Part shown: piece after piece, positions 11,801-17,915 of the stretch
Layout of the letters: each line of letters begins with the position of its first letter
Numbering within the stretch: the first letter of the stretch is position 1
IMG/VR virus record: IMGVR_UViG_3300025735_000005
DNA length: 64,000 nt
Source of the DNA: a virus
Lineage: Duplodnaviria; Heunggongvirae; Uroviricota; Caudoviricetes
Direction: 5' to 3' (one strand)
The notes under the pieces: model-generated
Databases searched by the model: none
What the model saw: the letters and a program-made list of their open reading frames with translations, nothing else
Told to the model about the DNA's origin: nothing
Translations under genes and position numbers: made by a program

Positions 11801-12691
11801 ATCACCAAAGAAGTAGCCAAAAGCCTGCGACATCTTGTTAAGACCAGCAGAGGCGGTAGTGGTCGTCTTTGTGAAGTCCTTATCAACACTTGCGGCCATC
11901 TTTTCAAGTTGCTGAACGAGGAGATCAGTAGTGATCTTACCGTTATTGGCAAACTGCCGAAGCTGGCCTACGCTGACATTAAGAGACTTAGCTAGTGCAA
12001 TGCCCAGATAAGGCATTTGCTCCATGACTGAGTTAAATTCTTCGCCACGGAGAACACCGGAGGCGATCCCCTGGTTCAGCTGAGTAATAGCAGCAGCAAT
12101 CGATTCTACAGAAGAACCTGAAAGTTGAGCACTCTGCTGGATCGTCTTATTCAGACGAATAATCTTTTCCTGGCTGGCACCCGTCTGCTCCAAAGATTTG
12201 CTGAGCGTAAAATACAGATCAGCATTATTCTTGAGTAAAGTGCGGGTATCTTGCGAAGTCTTAAACAAGGCTCGCTGCGACTGAGTAAGCTCTGCGGTAC
12301 CTTGCGTTACGAGCTTTAAGCGATTTCGAATATTCTCGAGATCATCGCCAACACGCGCGAAGGCAGTAACACCACGGGTGGCAACAAATGCTGCTGCAAC
12401 ACCAATAATACTACCCTTCAACAGGTTCATATTGGCTACAAGTTTGTTAGTGTCACCGGCGACGGCGCGGAGGGAGGCCGTACCAGTGGTCCCAAAAGCG
12501 CGCAACTGACGGTTAGTGCGGTCAACCTCCTGACCCACTTTCTTAAATTGATCGCTGTCTACACCGTTTAGTGCAGTACTAGCTTTATTACCTCTAAGCA
12601 CTAGATCTGCCAGCGACTTGTTAAGCTGCTTGAGATCAGACCGCGCTTTGTCAGAGCTGGTATCTACGTCAATAATAACGCCAGACATCAA
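2813..12691 (-). CDS. tail tape measure protein (3292 aa)
   Basis: Giant ORF located between tail assembly chaperones (G/GT) and minor tail genes; long coiled-coil-like Ala/Gln/Lys-rich stretches and a C-terminal Gly-rich block (GGGSSGGGIGSAIGGLFGKGSDG...GLGASGAAGLGSLAGGLFG) typical of TMPs. RBS AAGGAA 8 nt upstream of ATG. Confidence 0.8.
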   Translation of the reverse strand: MMSGVIIDVDTSSDKARSDLKQLNKSLADLVLRGNKASTALNGVDSDQFKKVGQEVDRTNRQLRAFGTTGTASLRAVAGDTNKLVANMNLLKGSIIGVAAAFVATRGVTAFARVGDDLENIRNRLKLVTQGTAELTQSQRALFKTSQDTRTLLKNNADLYFTLSKSLEQTGASQEKIIRLNKTIQQSAQLSGSSVESIAAAITQLNQGIASGVLRGEEFNSVMEQMPYLGIALAKSLNVSVGQLRQFANNGKITTDLLVQQLEKMAASVDKDFTKTTTTASAGLNKMSQAFGYFFGDINTYLGASQSLGKVFSSIADDVGFGADKIIIRLATTQRAFDNYIRSLDAFRSFRLKWQLALDFNPLSLRSQMRAQTKDAVNKIRELFKTQDQIDVPQNIIQRLFSRIKKPTKEDNRGFFDLGDTRKTVEALTDSAVQMTRSVELIARNIARSMPVIIAPMVRFRDSFGATVAKTAHDADTFVYKALLPLNRGLEGLKETLSVGFLGDNFAPRALVSLFKSKDISEFADNLTRLNNTFDGHLIRIDRVQYLIREKERLVKEFTVWPLQDVLIQLGLMDNKLVRIRDTRFDRVIEYMRLIGDMAKRAFNDLVLPDLSNFAYKAAVNVYIGLKTIRDIFSSAFSFETGKALGEALVNGVIGALKTLATVARKLLNNVANADDIGTKIGKTIVSILVGVAKTLPAFLVGVFAGVGSELVHQLQQVDYSAIFDSLKASARDGLQSFINMIRTVESYASGGLAKVERIVSNFGKTIKDVFYNIWDEVVGHSFWPDTIDDVNAYTKNLFHSQSAIEKFGDLVKSAFESVYKKIEGFGQRFGGTFRSLKLTIQDIDWGNTAKNLASSFGSVLYASFVLLRSKSTPIKFFAASYLMSIVDSATGGALTNAAPAIGQAAGVVANEFIKKLLASAMEGVALIGHAIPAMLRGIFLDALPFMEGPLNVVSNLIPIFSNSVIGALAAITIAYSKFSGKKFSDIYTTLFGNGKEGKRRKPGIAPALLEGYSGPILGQLSRVKFTSSLAKNLIDEPKFAAIAAGILSLGLTDAFGMVEAVEASLPFIAIAMFGKDGGARLLRDLTVMGSNLLAGVLGKLAKDAASVVLPAGWTARVSTWLSSPILLFRRVANQQRGPIATALAAIGDDFANMFRNIAANRERYANGELDLKSTLFKSSVVGANGPQQPQSDTNFIDSFKSLREGVSKLQISPNTSLGDFGKKLKDGVTKASSAAIRTIKGATSNLKTVLLSFSAQIFSGLRSGISGFFSAISPILSGLSSLLQNKLFLLAAAGALIVGLASTANAATGAGQAFTDLGGNIGGVVVSTLALAAAFKAVQKSVQAFKTFRSTKKDFVNDAIGGELQNYKDSLNEKRQTKLWDFDKLSKAQRMEQFGTASRGTYSAMLNKGIKEKLNSKEQELRSGVDQAATKAAWDAVTLNIRGFASRLQDLSKATVFSASWWNDRIGKLMSGETSLTDSLSNAKDRFNQTRQAGEGLKAGFSTFFGTLLGSRRASATIIIDKAIVTLRSAVGMGAGARAISGGTGPILIGGVSGAAREAGILARIFRPVGAAFRGAGFAARILGSAAGLLARGLTAVLGFFGLALGPEIIALVGAVTIATGLIAGFFGPFESFTDNIKWLGDNILGFFGMDAKSGAGKAAKLAKDFGVKDVAGQKFDIRDQLKNIDLSQVSDGQQAALQNYLQTITDTISQLNDEAMSQGGKLNDEQKRRFAKLQQDSSEMLARYPLRPGATARNIGDTIAINAADRAKPDTSLTGNLGRFIFGKGDGTGFTIWLSNMWKDIKNVFTSIGDWWEKKALPGIYTASDYVKNAIAHALNKVGDYISNSWLGRAGRAVGNKAQGAFDAVRARAQDTSVNDTKMYNEWEKQFTAKAVKNFAFLSPKQQGVFNNARAEYDQSVRTVAATNRDGQRFGEGKDDFEARRRAELQHLAKVEVAYRRISDALGVLGQKNADVKAFNDSLADFTTKTKALGTDFGTKGEKFFGGKSDVEAFKKYSDQFNKANARLNPTTDSEKAVAASDFTARRIAQQWMKSATEAADEFNKQIADRMLLGSKITQQAGALGDGANEGLLRNFAISGSKAAVEFGKASAEYLRLKTELDKAPSDATPDQLKKIADAVSEAETKMRALQPSDMSFDGINNALQKIQVPSLDMTDYINLPTDQIQALADELKDVDKASKDVRVAMDHIGDTDGPARAKTALEQLRKAAANVAATRAEADNVLTSQIAGAGAIPATLRARLINETAGLGANARALKRNAGEVSKLGSERAKLAADAASIESRISYDGKGGITGVTPAEIARLDAAKIRLDAIGERVNELGQAPKKEVKDRYGFKELLADVNEAGVEISDMGFSRLSQTSRSSLQSIASQIHGIEKQLKNATPTQDVSALLQQKADLLASMREKLVDSFDKTGKALGESLSRSGVGDQVSIEAIATNKLKQLVELDKRIQLKRLEADDVTNLEDYVAKMAQLNKLERERAKLLEDSTNSMDKYAERINSIFGTNLELFNTDLFGEQFAAYISSAAGVIKAQMAKLAAQGKASFGWLREIKQQGEYISLFNDMAQSIDDAFIRGARSAFKKIKDIIPDYGVTEQQFRRFSPEQRQSVTQSAINLDALDRAQELPNLTKPLVDIINSFNGSNQNDVMSRFRTEFEKEFKTKFDATPFESAVDRFSSAVDRFATPPVATGKAFSDTELKGIVTGLFPNARVNGLSRTQARNDQLYADGTHHRSYHVPGTEAGVSAVDVKPMAGITFKDFVKKFKDAGYSVAEAIDESRKSTAKNGGKNWHIALRNAPMVDSTEAPPIVVDGIKTKNTPLERGYSQVYDLIDQAKKSSTFTRQYGGNRKDALAASGIDRKTLDLFTPAQLQTLEQYQKRIDGLNEAILQADTAGEDTSKLAKSLQIAQGSMERFTDRVVHAGDNFRQMGEQFAQSLDKNFQDALFNAFSGKGNFFSTIFDGLAQDILHQATSAITAPITGENGVITNGIRSVFGGGSSGGGIGSAIGGLFGKGSDGINNGLFSGLFGGGDKNTVVPDVGGFASSLNIGNSLPTLDAGSGVGLFKKGGDLLGKDVLGSLDSGASTIGDTLGTGADALSGGIGDALSKGTDSLSKGISGAFSGLGASGAAGLGSLAGGLFGSLIAGFFADGGQISTTGKISGKGSDRSDSILAAVSNDEHIIKAKQARKYRKLLVAINEDKLPKFADGGIVGSSSIGSIIAVPTTSTIDEKKMPKANTSGKTEINLGITGDVTKQTKRTVYEMLPEIAAGVNAHNKEKGIK

Positions 12692-12710
12692 TTGATTCCT
12701 TTCAAAATTA

Positions 12711-12740
12711 AGCCCCTGCTAGGGCTTCCTAGCAGGGGCT
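12711..12740 (-). promoter_or_regulatory. perfect 12-bp stem-loop (agcccctgctag/ggcttc/ctagcaggggct) between chaperone-module and TMP start
   Basis: Inverted repeat read directly; on the minus strand it is followed by TAATTTTGAAAGG then the TMP RBS; possible attenuator/partial terminator or RNA processing site. Confidence 0.35.
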
Positions 12741-12744
12741 CAGG

Positions 12745-13047
12745 CTATTGTTGCCTAACGATGGTTCCACTAGGGGTTATACCCACTTGTGATAACAGTG
12801 TCTTTTCAATAAAGTATGCTGGTGCTTGTTCTGACGAGCCGTTATTTAGAGGAATGACATGTTCCACATCATTCACAATATTACCGGCGTTGTCTCTTTG
12901 CCACCCATCGCGAGCTTCTCCAGTATCTACCGGAGTAGCCTCTTTAAGTGCTTCAATTGCCTTGTCGACGATCTTATCTTTTGCAAGCTCTATAAGCTTA
13001 CTCAGATCTTTGTTAAGATCGCCTGTCAATCTGACTTTAACCTTCAT
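12745..13047 (-). CDS. small structural-module protein, HK97 gp10-like (tail/head-tail joining family)
   Basis: 100 aa; motif PVDTGEARDGWQRD resembles the vDTGxLRxS signature of the HK97 gp10 family; ATG overlaps stop of GT frame (ATGA). Confidence 0.35.
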   Translation of the reverse strand: MKVKVRLTGDLNKDLSKLIELAKDKIVDKAIEALKEATPVDTGEARDGWQRDNAGNIVNDVEHVIPLNNGSSEQAPAYFIEKTLLSQVGITPSGTIVRQQ

Positions 13048-13690
13048 AAGTCGATCTTGTCACCTCCTTGCGCCTTTATCATGGCCTGGAAGAAGAAAGA
13101 GCCCTTCAAGCTGTCCATAGGACTGTCAGTTTCACGTGTAGTTCGTTGGTATATCGCTTTGAGGCTGGGGAACAGCACCCAGGGCTTCTCTTTCACACCG
13201 GCGCTTTGAATAATCTTAGACGCACGGTCGTCTTCACGCCATCCTGGAGGACGACGTTCTAGGTAGTCATACCAGCCTAGCAGTTCATCATAAGGGATTT
13301 GTTCTACCTCATGTACAAACTTACCAAGCTGATACGCAATTTCATACAGCGAGATTTCAGCGTCAGTTAGGGTTACTTTCCCGCGTCTTCACCAATGCCG
13401 GAGTACTTCATAATAGCATTCGACAGGTCGCGGAGTTCATCCATCGGCCATTGTTCAAAATGCTCATCCTGAAGTTCGCTAGCGCCTTCGACGGCCCGGC
13501 GAATAACAGTACGGAGAATATCCAGACCGGCTTCTTCATCAGTTTCCAGGTTCTTTGCCTTTTCCTGGATCTCCTTGACTTCCGAAACGGTAAGCTTGAA
13601 GATAGTAACATCTTCGCCAAGGAACTTAACTCGCTTGGACATACGCTTGCCCAGGAGCGCCATGATGCCGGTGGTCTTGGTCTCAGTCAT
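13044..13690 (-). CDS. tail assembly chaperone GT-like fusion produced by -1 frameshift (approx 205 aa)
   Basis: After a -1 slip at GGGAAAG the reading frame stays open for ~100 more codons (GKVTLTDAEISLYEIAYQLGKFVHEVEQIPYDELLGWYDYLERRPPGWREDDRASKIIQSAGVKEKPWVLFPSLKAIYQRTTRETDSPMDSLKGSFFFQAMIKAQGGDKIDL) across the otherwise 'empty' gap 13048-13372 and ends with TGA overlapping the next ATG. Confidence 0.6.
13373..13690 (-). CDS. tail assembly chaperone (lambda gpG-like), zero-frame product
   Basis: 105-aa acidic ORF between major tail protein and TMP; ends ...GCG GGA AAG TAA with the canonical slippery heptamer. Confidence 0.7.
   Translation of the reverse strand: MTETKTTGIMALLGKRMSKRVKFLGEDVTIFKLTVSEVKEIQEKAKNLETDEEAGLDILRTVIRRAVEGASELQDEHFEQWPMDELRDLSNAIMKYSGIGEDAGK
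13376..13382 (-). promoter_or_regulatory. -1 programmed ribosomal frameshift slippery heptamer G_GGA_AAG
   Basis: Minus-strand GGGAAAG immediately before the TAA of the 105-aa chaperone; identical to the lambda G/GT slippery site. Confidence 0.65.
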
Positions 13691-13695
13691 TTCTA

Positions 13696-13932
13696 TTATC
13701 CCTTAAATTTAGCTGAATTAGTGCGCTGGTATTCATCCAGCCACTTTAGCATCCCGTGGAGGTGCGCAAGAGTTTCAAAAATCTCTGCCTGCTTGACAGG
13801 ATCATTTTCAAACTCTGCCTTTCGTTCAAACGTCTTTCGGATGCTGATGTTGACGCTCTTACGAATATGCTTTGCCGTCGTTCGAAGGACGTATCCAATA
13901 TCAAACGGACGGGATTCTTCCGTCTCTGACAT
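13696..13932 (-). CDS. hypothetical small protein in tail module
   Basis: 78-aa ORF between major tail gene/tRNA and chaperone. Confidence 0.3.
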   Translation of the reverse strand: MSETEESRPFDIGYVLRTTAKHIRKSVNISIRKTFERKAEFENDPVKQAEIFETLAHLHGMLKWLDEYQRTNSAKFKG

Positions 13933-13950
13933 AATTCTTCTTCTCTATAT

Positions 13951-14026
13951 TGGCGGATCCGCTAGGGGTCGAACCTAGATTGCTGGATTTGGAGACCAGA
14001 GTCCTACCATTGGACGACGTACCCAA
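13951..14026 (-). tRNA. tRNA-Trp (anticodon CCA), 76 nt with encoded CCA end
   Basis: Minus-strand sequence GGGTACGTCGTCCAATGGTAGGACTCTGGTCTCCAAATCCAGCAATCTAGGTTCGACCCCTAGCGGATCCGCCA folds as cloverleaf: D-arm GTCC/AATGGTA/GGAC, anticodon loop CTCCAAA (U33, CCA, A37), T-arm CTAGG/TTCGACC/CCTAG; acceptor stem has one A.G mismatch and anticodon stem one T.T mismatch. Confidence 0.55.
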
Positions 14027-14063
14027 AAGTCACTCCCCGCCGTAACAGGGAGTGATATTTCGA

Positions 14064-14666
14064 TTAGATCGTGTAAGCGCCGAAGAACGAACCCTGCAGG
14101 GTCATCGTCAGCGTAGCCGTGGTGGCATCAGTCAGCTGCGGATTAACCTGCAGAGCTTCGATCTTACCAACCCAGTAATACTGAGTATTAGGCACGGTAC
14201 CAAGACCCGATGCAGTCGAAGCGTACTGAGCATTCGTAGTACCAGTCGGAGCCGTAGTCAGAAGCGTGAAGCGGAAAACACGCTGCACACCGTCACCAAC
14301 CATACCGCCAAGAATGGTAGGCGTGCCCGACTTATCCCAGTCAGCAGGGACAAAGTTGAGAGTGATTTCCAGCGAGGGGGCATCAGCCTGACCCTGAATC
14401 TGCGAACTATTGCTCTGGCCATAAGCCGGAACGTTCACAACGTTAGCAGGGGTACCCATAGCAGGAAATTCGCGCACGTTCTTAATACGAACAAATGCAC
14501 CAGTAGCCTTAGTACCACCGATATTCTGGATTTCAGTCGCAAACAGAGCCTGGAAGCCTGCAGACGAATTAAGGGCACTAAGAGCCGACGCGGTGAGTTC
14601 CGACGCCGGAGTGGCAACAGCAAGGTCCGAGAACATGCTGGCGCCGATTGCGGAAATATGAGCCAT
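14064..14666 (-). CDS. major tail (tube) protein
   Basis: 200-aa Thr/Ala/Gly-rich ORF immediately upstream (in transcription order) of tRNA and G/GT chaperones; GC-richer codon usage like the capsid gene. Confidence 0.55.
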   Translation of the reverse strand: MAHISAIGASMFSDLAVATPASELTASALSALNSSAGFQALFATEIQNIGGTKATGAFVRIKNVREFPAMGTPANVVNVPAYGQSNSSQIQGQADAPSLEITLNFVPADWDKSGTPTILGGMVGDGVQRVFRFTLLTTAPTGTTNAQYASTASGLGTVPNTQYYWVGKIEALQVNPQLTDATTATLTMTLQGSFFGAYTI

Positions 14667-14668
14667 TC

Positions 14669-15061
14669 TTATTCTACTCCGAAGAGGTTAAAGGGTATCG
14701 TATATTGCGACCTTGCCAAACCTTGGTTATCTTTATCTTTTCCCATAGGAACTAGAGTGCTAATTAGCAGTTGCAAATTACCTACAGTTTTCGATTCAAG
14801 GTGTCGGTCTAGAATATCAGCGATCTCGAAAGCCCTCGCGGGACCTTGTCCGAAGGCTGTAAATATATCGATGATACAGATACCTGATGCGGAGTTACGA
14901 TTTATACTCTTCCCAGAAGGTATAATTGTAACGCGGAGAAACTCTTCTCCAGTGTTTGTTGGAATAACATCATTAGGGAAAGTCTTTACAGACTCTGCAG
15001 CCCAGGCAGTGCTGCCAAAAACAGAGAAGATAGCTGACATAGCGTCAGAAAACCTGCTCAT
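14669..15061 (-). CDS. head-tail joining / tail completion protein
   Basis: 130-aa ORF in the head-to-tail connector block between capsid and major tail genes; translationally coupled. Confidence 0.35.
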   Translation of the reverse strand: MSRFSDAMSAIFSVFGSTAWAAESVKTFPNDVIPTNTGEEFLRVTIIPSGKSINRNSASGICIIDIFTAFGQGPARAFEIADILDRHLESKTVGNLQLLISTLVPMGKDKDNQGLARSQYTIPFNLFGVE

Positions 15062-15477
15062 GCTTCCTTTTCCCTAAAAATGTTAAATACCCAGACCTTA
15101 CCACTCTGTTTCAGCACATCACCAATTCGCCAGATATATCCATCTAGCTGCATAGTATCGTACAAGGAAAAAGAAACCACATCAGCTCCCTTCGCCATGA
15201 GTGTACGTGTAATCGTATTTGATTTAGTGACTTCTCCAGTAACTACAATCTTTAATACAAGCGGTGCTGCTGTTTGATTAGACAGCTGACCTGCATTAAA
15301 ATCAAAGCTAGAAGAGGTACTCTTAACCAATGTAGCATCAACAGCCAGATCTTTGACTCTTTGAAAAGCCAAATTGATCTGGCGATCGATCATTGCGGAA
15401 TAACCCATTTCACCACGCCCTCCAAACAGCTCGAGAGCCTCCATTGATAAGCAAAGGTCTAATAATCCGTCGTACAT
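15058..15477 (-). CDS. head-tail joining protein
   Basis: 139-aa ORF in connector block. Confidence 0.35.
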   Translation of the reverse strand: MYDGLLDLCLSMEALELFGGRGEMGYSAMIDRQINLAFQRVKDLAVDATLVKSTSSSFDFNAGQLSNQTAAPLVLKIVVTGEVTKSNTITRTLMAKGADVVSFSLYDTMQLDGYIWRIGDVLKQSGKVWVFNIFREKEA

Positions 15478-15889
15478 GCGAAGGAATCAGAGAGGGATTG
15501 CTGACTGACTTCAAGGTAATATTACCTAGCTGCAGATCATTTACCTCACCAGTGCTGTCCAGGAGGCCATCGTTATTTAGAAGGTGGTAAGCCAACTCAA
15601 ACGTAGCCATAGAAATGCGATCAGGCGTTCCATTCATAGAAACAGCCCGACCGAGCCTTGGATCGAAATATGAGATTATACGAGGAAAGGCAAGTTTCTG
15701 AGTATCATCAGAGGCACAGCCCTCCCAGTTAAGCTGGTCGAGCGTAAGGGTTGCCGTTACCAGCGCCTTAGAACGAGTGTCTGCATCTGTAAGATCATCC
15801 CATGCGGCAGCATCTAGTCGAGTCTCGAAGTACTCAACAGCTTCCTCATAGGTGACGTTACAGTTGACGCCCTTAACCAGCGTAACCAT
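15410..15889 (-). CDS. head completion / head-tail connector protein
   Basis: 159-aa ORF directly after major capsid gene. Confidence 0.35.
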   Translation of the reverse strand: MVTLVKGVNCNVTYEEAVEYFETRLDAAAWDDLTDADTRSKALVTATLTLDQLNWEGCASDDTQKLAFPRIISYFDPRLGRAVSMNGTPDRISMATFELAYHLLNNDGLLDSTGEVNDLQLGNITLKSVSNPSLIPSHVRRIIRPLLINGGSRAVWRAW

Positions 15890-15891
15890 GA

Positions 15892-17079
15892 TTAGCTGTG
15901 GAAGACGGGCAGAATGCCGAGCGACAGGGCCGACGTAGTCTTACGCTGCCAGATACCCTTCACGTTCGCGATGTTAGCATCGACCATGTTAGCAACGGTA
16001 CGAACCGTGCTGCCATCAAGGACCGAAGCATAGTCAGCGTCCGAAGGGAAAGCTTCTTCTGGGCCAGCCCAGGTGTAGCCAGCGGGGTGGATCACATAGC
16101 CCCAACGGTGCCAGATTTCCTTGGTACCCGAACCCTTATAAGCAGCCGCGCGAGCGTCCACTTCCACAGGCTCAGGGATATCCAGCTGTTCCATAGCAAT
16201 AGCGCCAGGAAGCACCAGGAACGAGGTATACTGGCCAACGATATCAACGCCAGCACCGACATTGATCTTTGCAAGCTCTGCCGTAGTGAACGAGGTGTTA
16301 GCACGAGACAGAATCAGGCGGAACTTACCATTAAAGATGGTTTCAAATTCCAGCTGACCATCAACGATCTTATCTTGGTCAATCAGGTTAGCCGAACGAA
16401 CGCTCGCCAGGATAGCCGGATTAATAACCCAATACATATAGTCGGGTTCGCAATCCTTGAAAGCCATACCAACAGCACGGAACATAGCTTCTGCACGCTG
16501 AGCGCCCTGAGCCGTGGTCGTAGCAGCACCAACCGGAGAGTTAGCACCAAGGTCCACATAGAAACCATAACGCTTATCAGTCGGATCGTTGAAGAACGTC
16601 TGGCCACCAAGGCCGGCCTGTCCAGTTGCGCTGGCAGCACCATTCAGAAGCTCGGCAACGGCAACACCCTTCAGAACAGCCATAAGCGCGTTATGTTCGT
16701 CCTGCGCATGATGCTCTGCAAAGCTCTTACCCATCTGGATCAAGTCGTCCTTCTGAGTAATAAGCTGCTTGAGATTAACCTTCTTTGCGCCCCACGTACG
16801 CACAGTCTTAATATACTGCGCCCAGTCGCTGGCAAAATCATTGTAGGAACCGTCAGTCGAGTCCGTGATAGAAGCAACGTTGATGACGGCATTCATCGGC
16901 TTGAACCAGCGCATCTGACCGACAAACGTTTCAGTGTTCTTGTCAATCTGAGGATTACCGCCTACAATGGCAGTGCTGGACAGCTTCTTAGCATTAGTGT
17001 AGGCCTCATCGCTGTAAGCAGCGAGAGTTTCCTGCAGGACGTAGTTGAGTGCGCCTGCCGGGATCGAGGGAGTCGGCAT
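15892..17079 (-). CDS. major capsid protein
   Basis: 395-aa ORF following scaffold gene; size, position, composition and elevated GC (high-expression codon usage) fit a major capsid protein. Confidence 0.75.
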   Translation of the reverse strand: MPTPSIPAGALNYVLQETLAAYSDEAYTNAKKLSSTAIVGGNPQIDKNTETFVGQMRWFKPMNAVINVASITDSTDGSYNDFASDWAQYIKTVRTWGAKKVNLKQLITQKDDLIQMGKSFAEHHAQDEHNALMAVLKGVAVAELLNGAASATGQAGLGGQTFFNDPTDKRYGFYVDLGANSPVGAATTTAQGAQRAEAMFRAVGMAFKDCEPDYMYWVINPAILASVRSANLIDQDKIVDGQLEFETIFNGKFRLILSRANTSFTTAELAKINVGAGVDIVGQYTSFLVLPGAIAMEQLDIPEPVEVDARAAAYKGSGTKEIWHRWGYVIHPAGYTWAGPEEAFPSDADYASVLDGSTVRTVANMVDANIANVKGIWQRKTTSALSLGILPVFHS

Positions 17080-17097
17080 TTTTCAGAGATTCCTTGT

Positions 17098-17784
17098 TTA
17101 GCCCCTCGCAGGTTTACCTGCTAGGATGTTCGCAGCAATCTGATCAAAACCCATTTCAAAAATAGAACCAGGTTTATTTTCAGGTTTGCCGCTGGGTTTA
17201 ATAGGCTGGCTACCTCCGCCGCTATTACGCTTAGGCTTGAGCAAGTATGAATTATCATCATGCTCCAGGAAAGCCTTCACATAATCCTCGACAGAACGAC
17301 CATCCTTGGCCTTCCAAACGCCATCATCACCCTTGATAAGCTCAGAAGTGATTTCATTAACAGCAGCTTGCTTAGCCTTGGGAGTACGAAACTCTACGTC
17401 AACAGACGAGACAGCATCACGCACGTCACGATCACGAGACAGTCGAACGTTACTTTCGCGAAGGCTAGTAAGCTCCGACTCAAGAGCGGTCTTTTCGAGA
17501 GCGTAAGCTTCAGCAAGCTTACCTTCATCCCGCAGTCGGTTAGCCTCACGTTCACGTTCTGCCTTTTCAAGTGCAGCAGCCTTTTCTTCAGCCTGCTTTA
17601 CGCGCGCATTCAGATCGTCCATCTTCTTCTTGAAATCGGCCTTGGCCTTATCAAGAGCCTTTTGAGAGTCAGACACGTCCTCAATAGGACTGCCATCTTC
17701 GTTCTTGGTCGGATCATAGTCGGGGTTGTCGATCATCTGACCTTCGTTTTCAGGATCAGGGATCTGCTTTGGATTCACTAGCAT
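17098..17784 (-). CDS. scaffolding protein
   Basis: 228-aa highly charged, coiled-coil-like protein (KKKMDDLNARVKQAEEKAAALEKAEREREANRLRDEGKLAEAYALEKTALESE) immediately before capsid gene. Confidence 0.6.
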   Translation of the reverse strand: MLVNPKQIPDPENEGQMIDNPDYDPTKNEDGSPIEDVSDSQKALDKAKADFKKKMDDLNARVKQAEEKAAALEKAEREREANRLRDEGKLAEAYALEKTALESELTSLRESNVRLSRDRDVRDAVSSVDVEFRTPKAKQAAVNEITSELIKGDDGVWKAKDGRSVEDYVKAFLEHDDNSYLLKPKRNSGGGSQPIKPSGKPENKPGSIFEMGFDQIAANILAGKPARG

Positions 17785-17892
17785 TCAATATTCCTCTGAG
17801 CACAGCTCACTACTTAAGCAACAGTACAACTGTCACTTGAATGGAATGGCGGAAAGGCCACGCTTGAGCACTGCTTTCTACGTGACCCTACC

Positions 17893-17910
17893 GGGTTAAT
17901 TTAACGGGCT
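17893..17910 (-). promoter_or_regulatory. conserved motif GGGTTAATTTAACGGGCT (copy 1 of 4); candidate phage-RNAP promoter for scaffold/capsid operon
   Basis: Same 16-nt core as at 32428, 53644, 53692; lies in intergenic gap between RNAP gene stop (17916) and scaffold start (17784). Confidence 0.5.
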
Positions 17911-17915
17911 CGACT

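Noticed and set aside
2813-12691. Possibility that the 3292-aa protein is an N4-like giant virion RNA polymerase
   Set aside because: No polymerase motifs seen; Gly-rich and coiled-coil composition and position between G/GT chaperones and minor tail genes fit a tape measure protein, and the RNAP is accounted for by the 1551-aa fusion.
14052-15077. 341-aa plus-strand ORF
   Set aside because: Antisense to the major tail protein and a connector gene; Arg/Ser-rich shadow ORF.
15898-17124. 408-aa plus-strand ORF
   Set aside because: Exactly antisense to the major capsid gene; GC-rich, codon-biased genes generate long shadow ORFs; translation is low-complexity (Ser/Arg/Leu-rich) and breaks the all-minus gene orientation.
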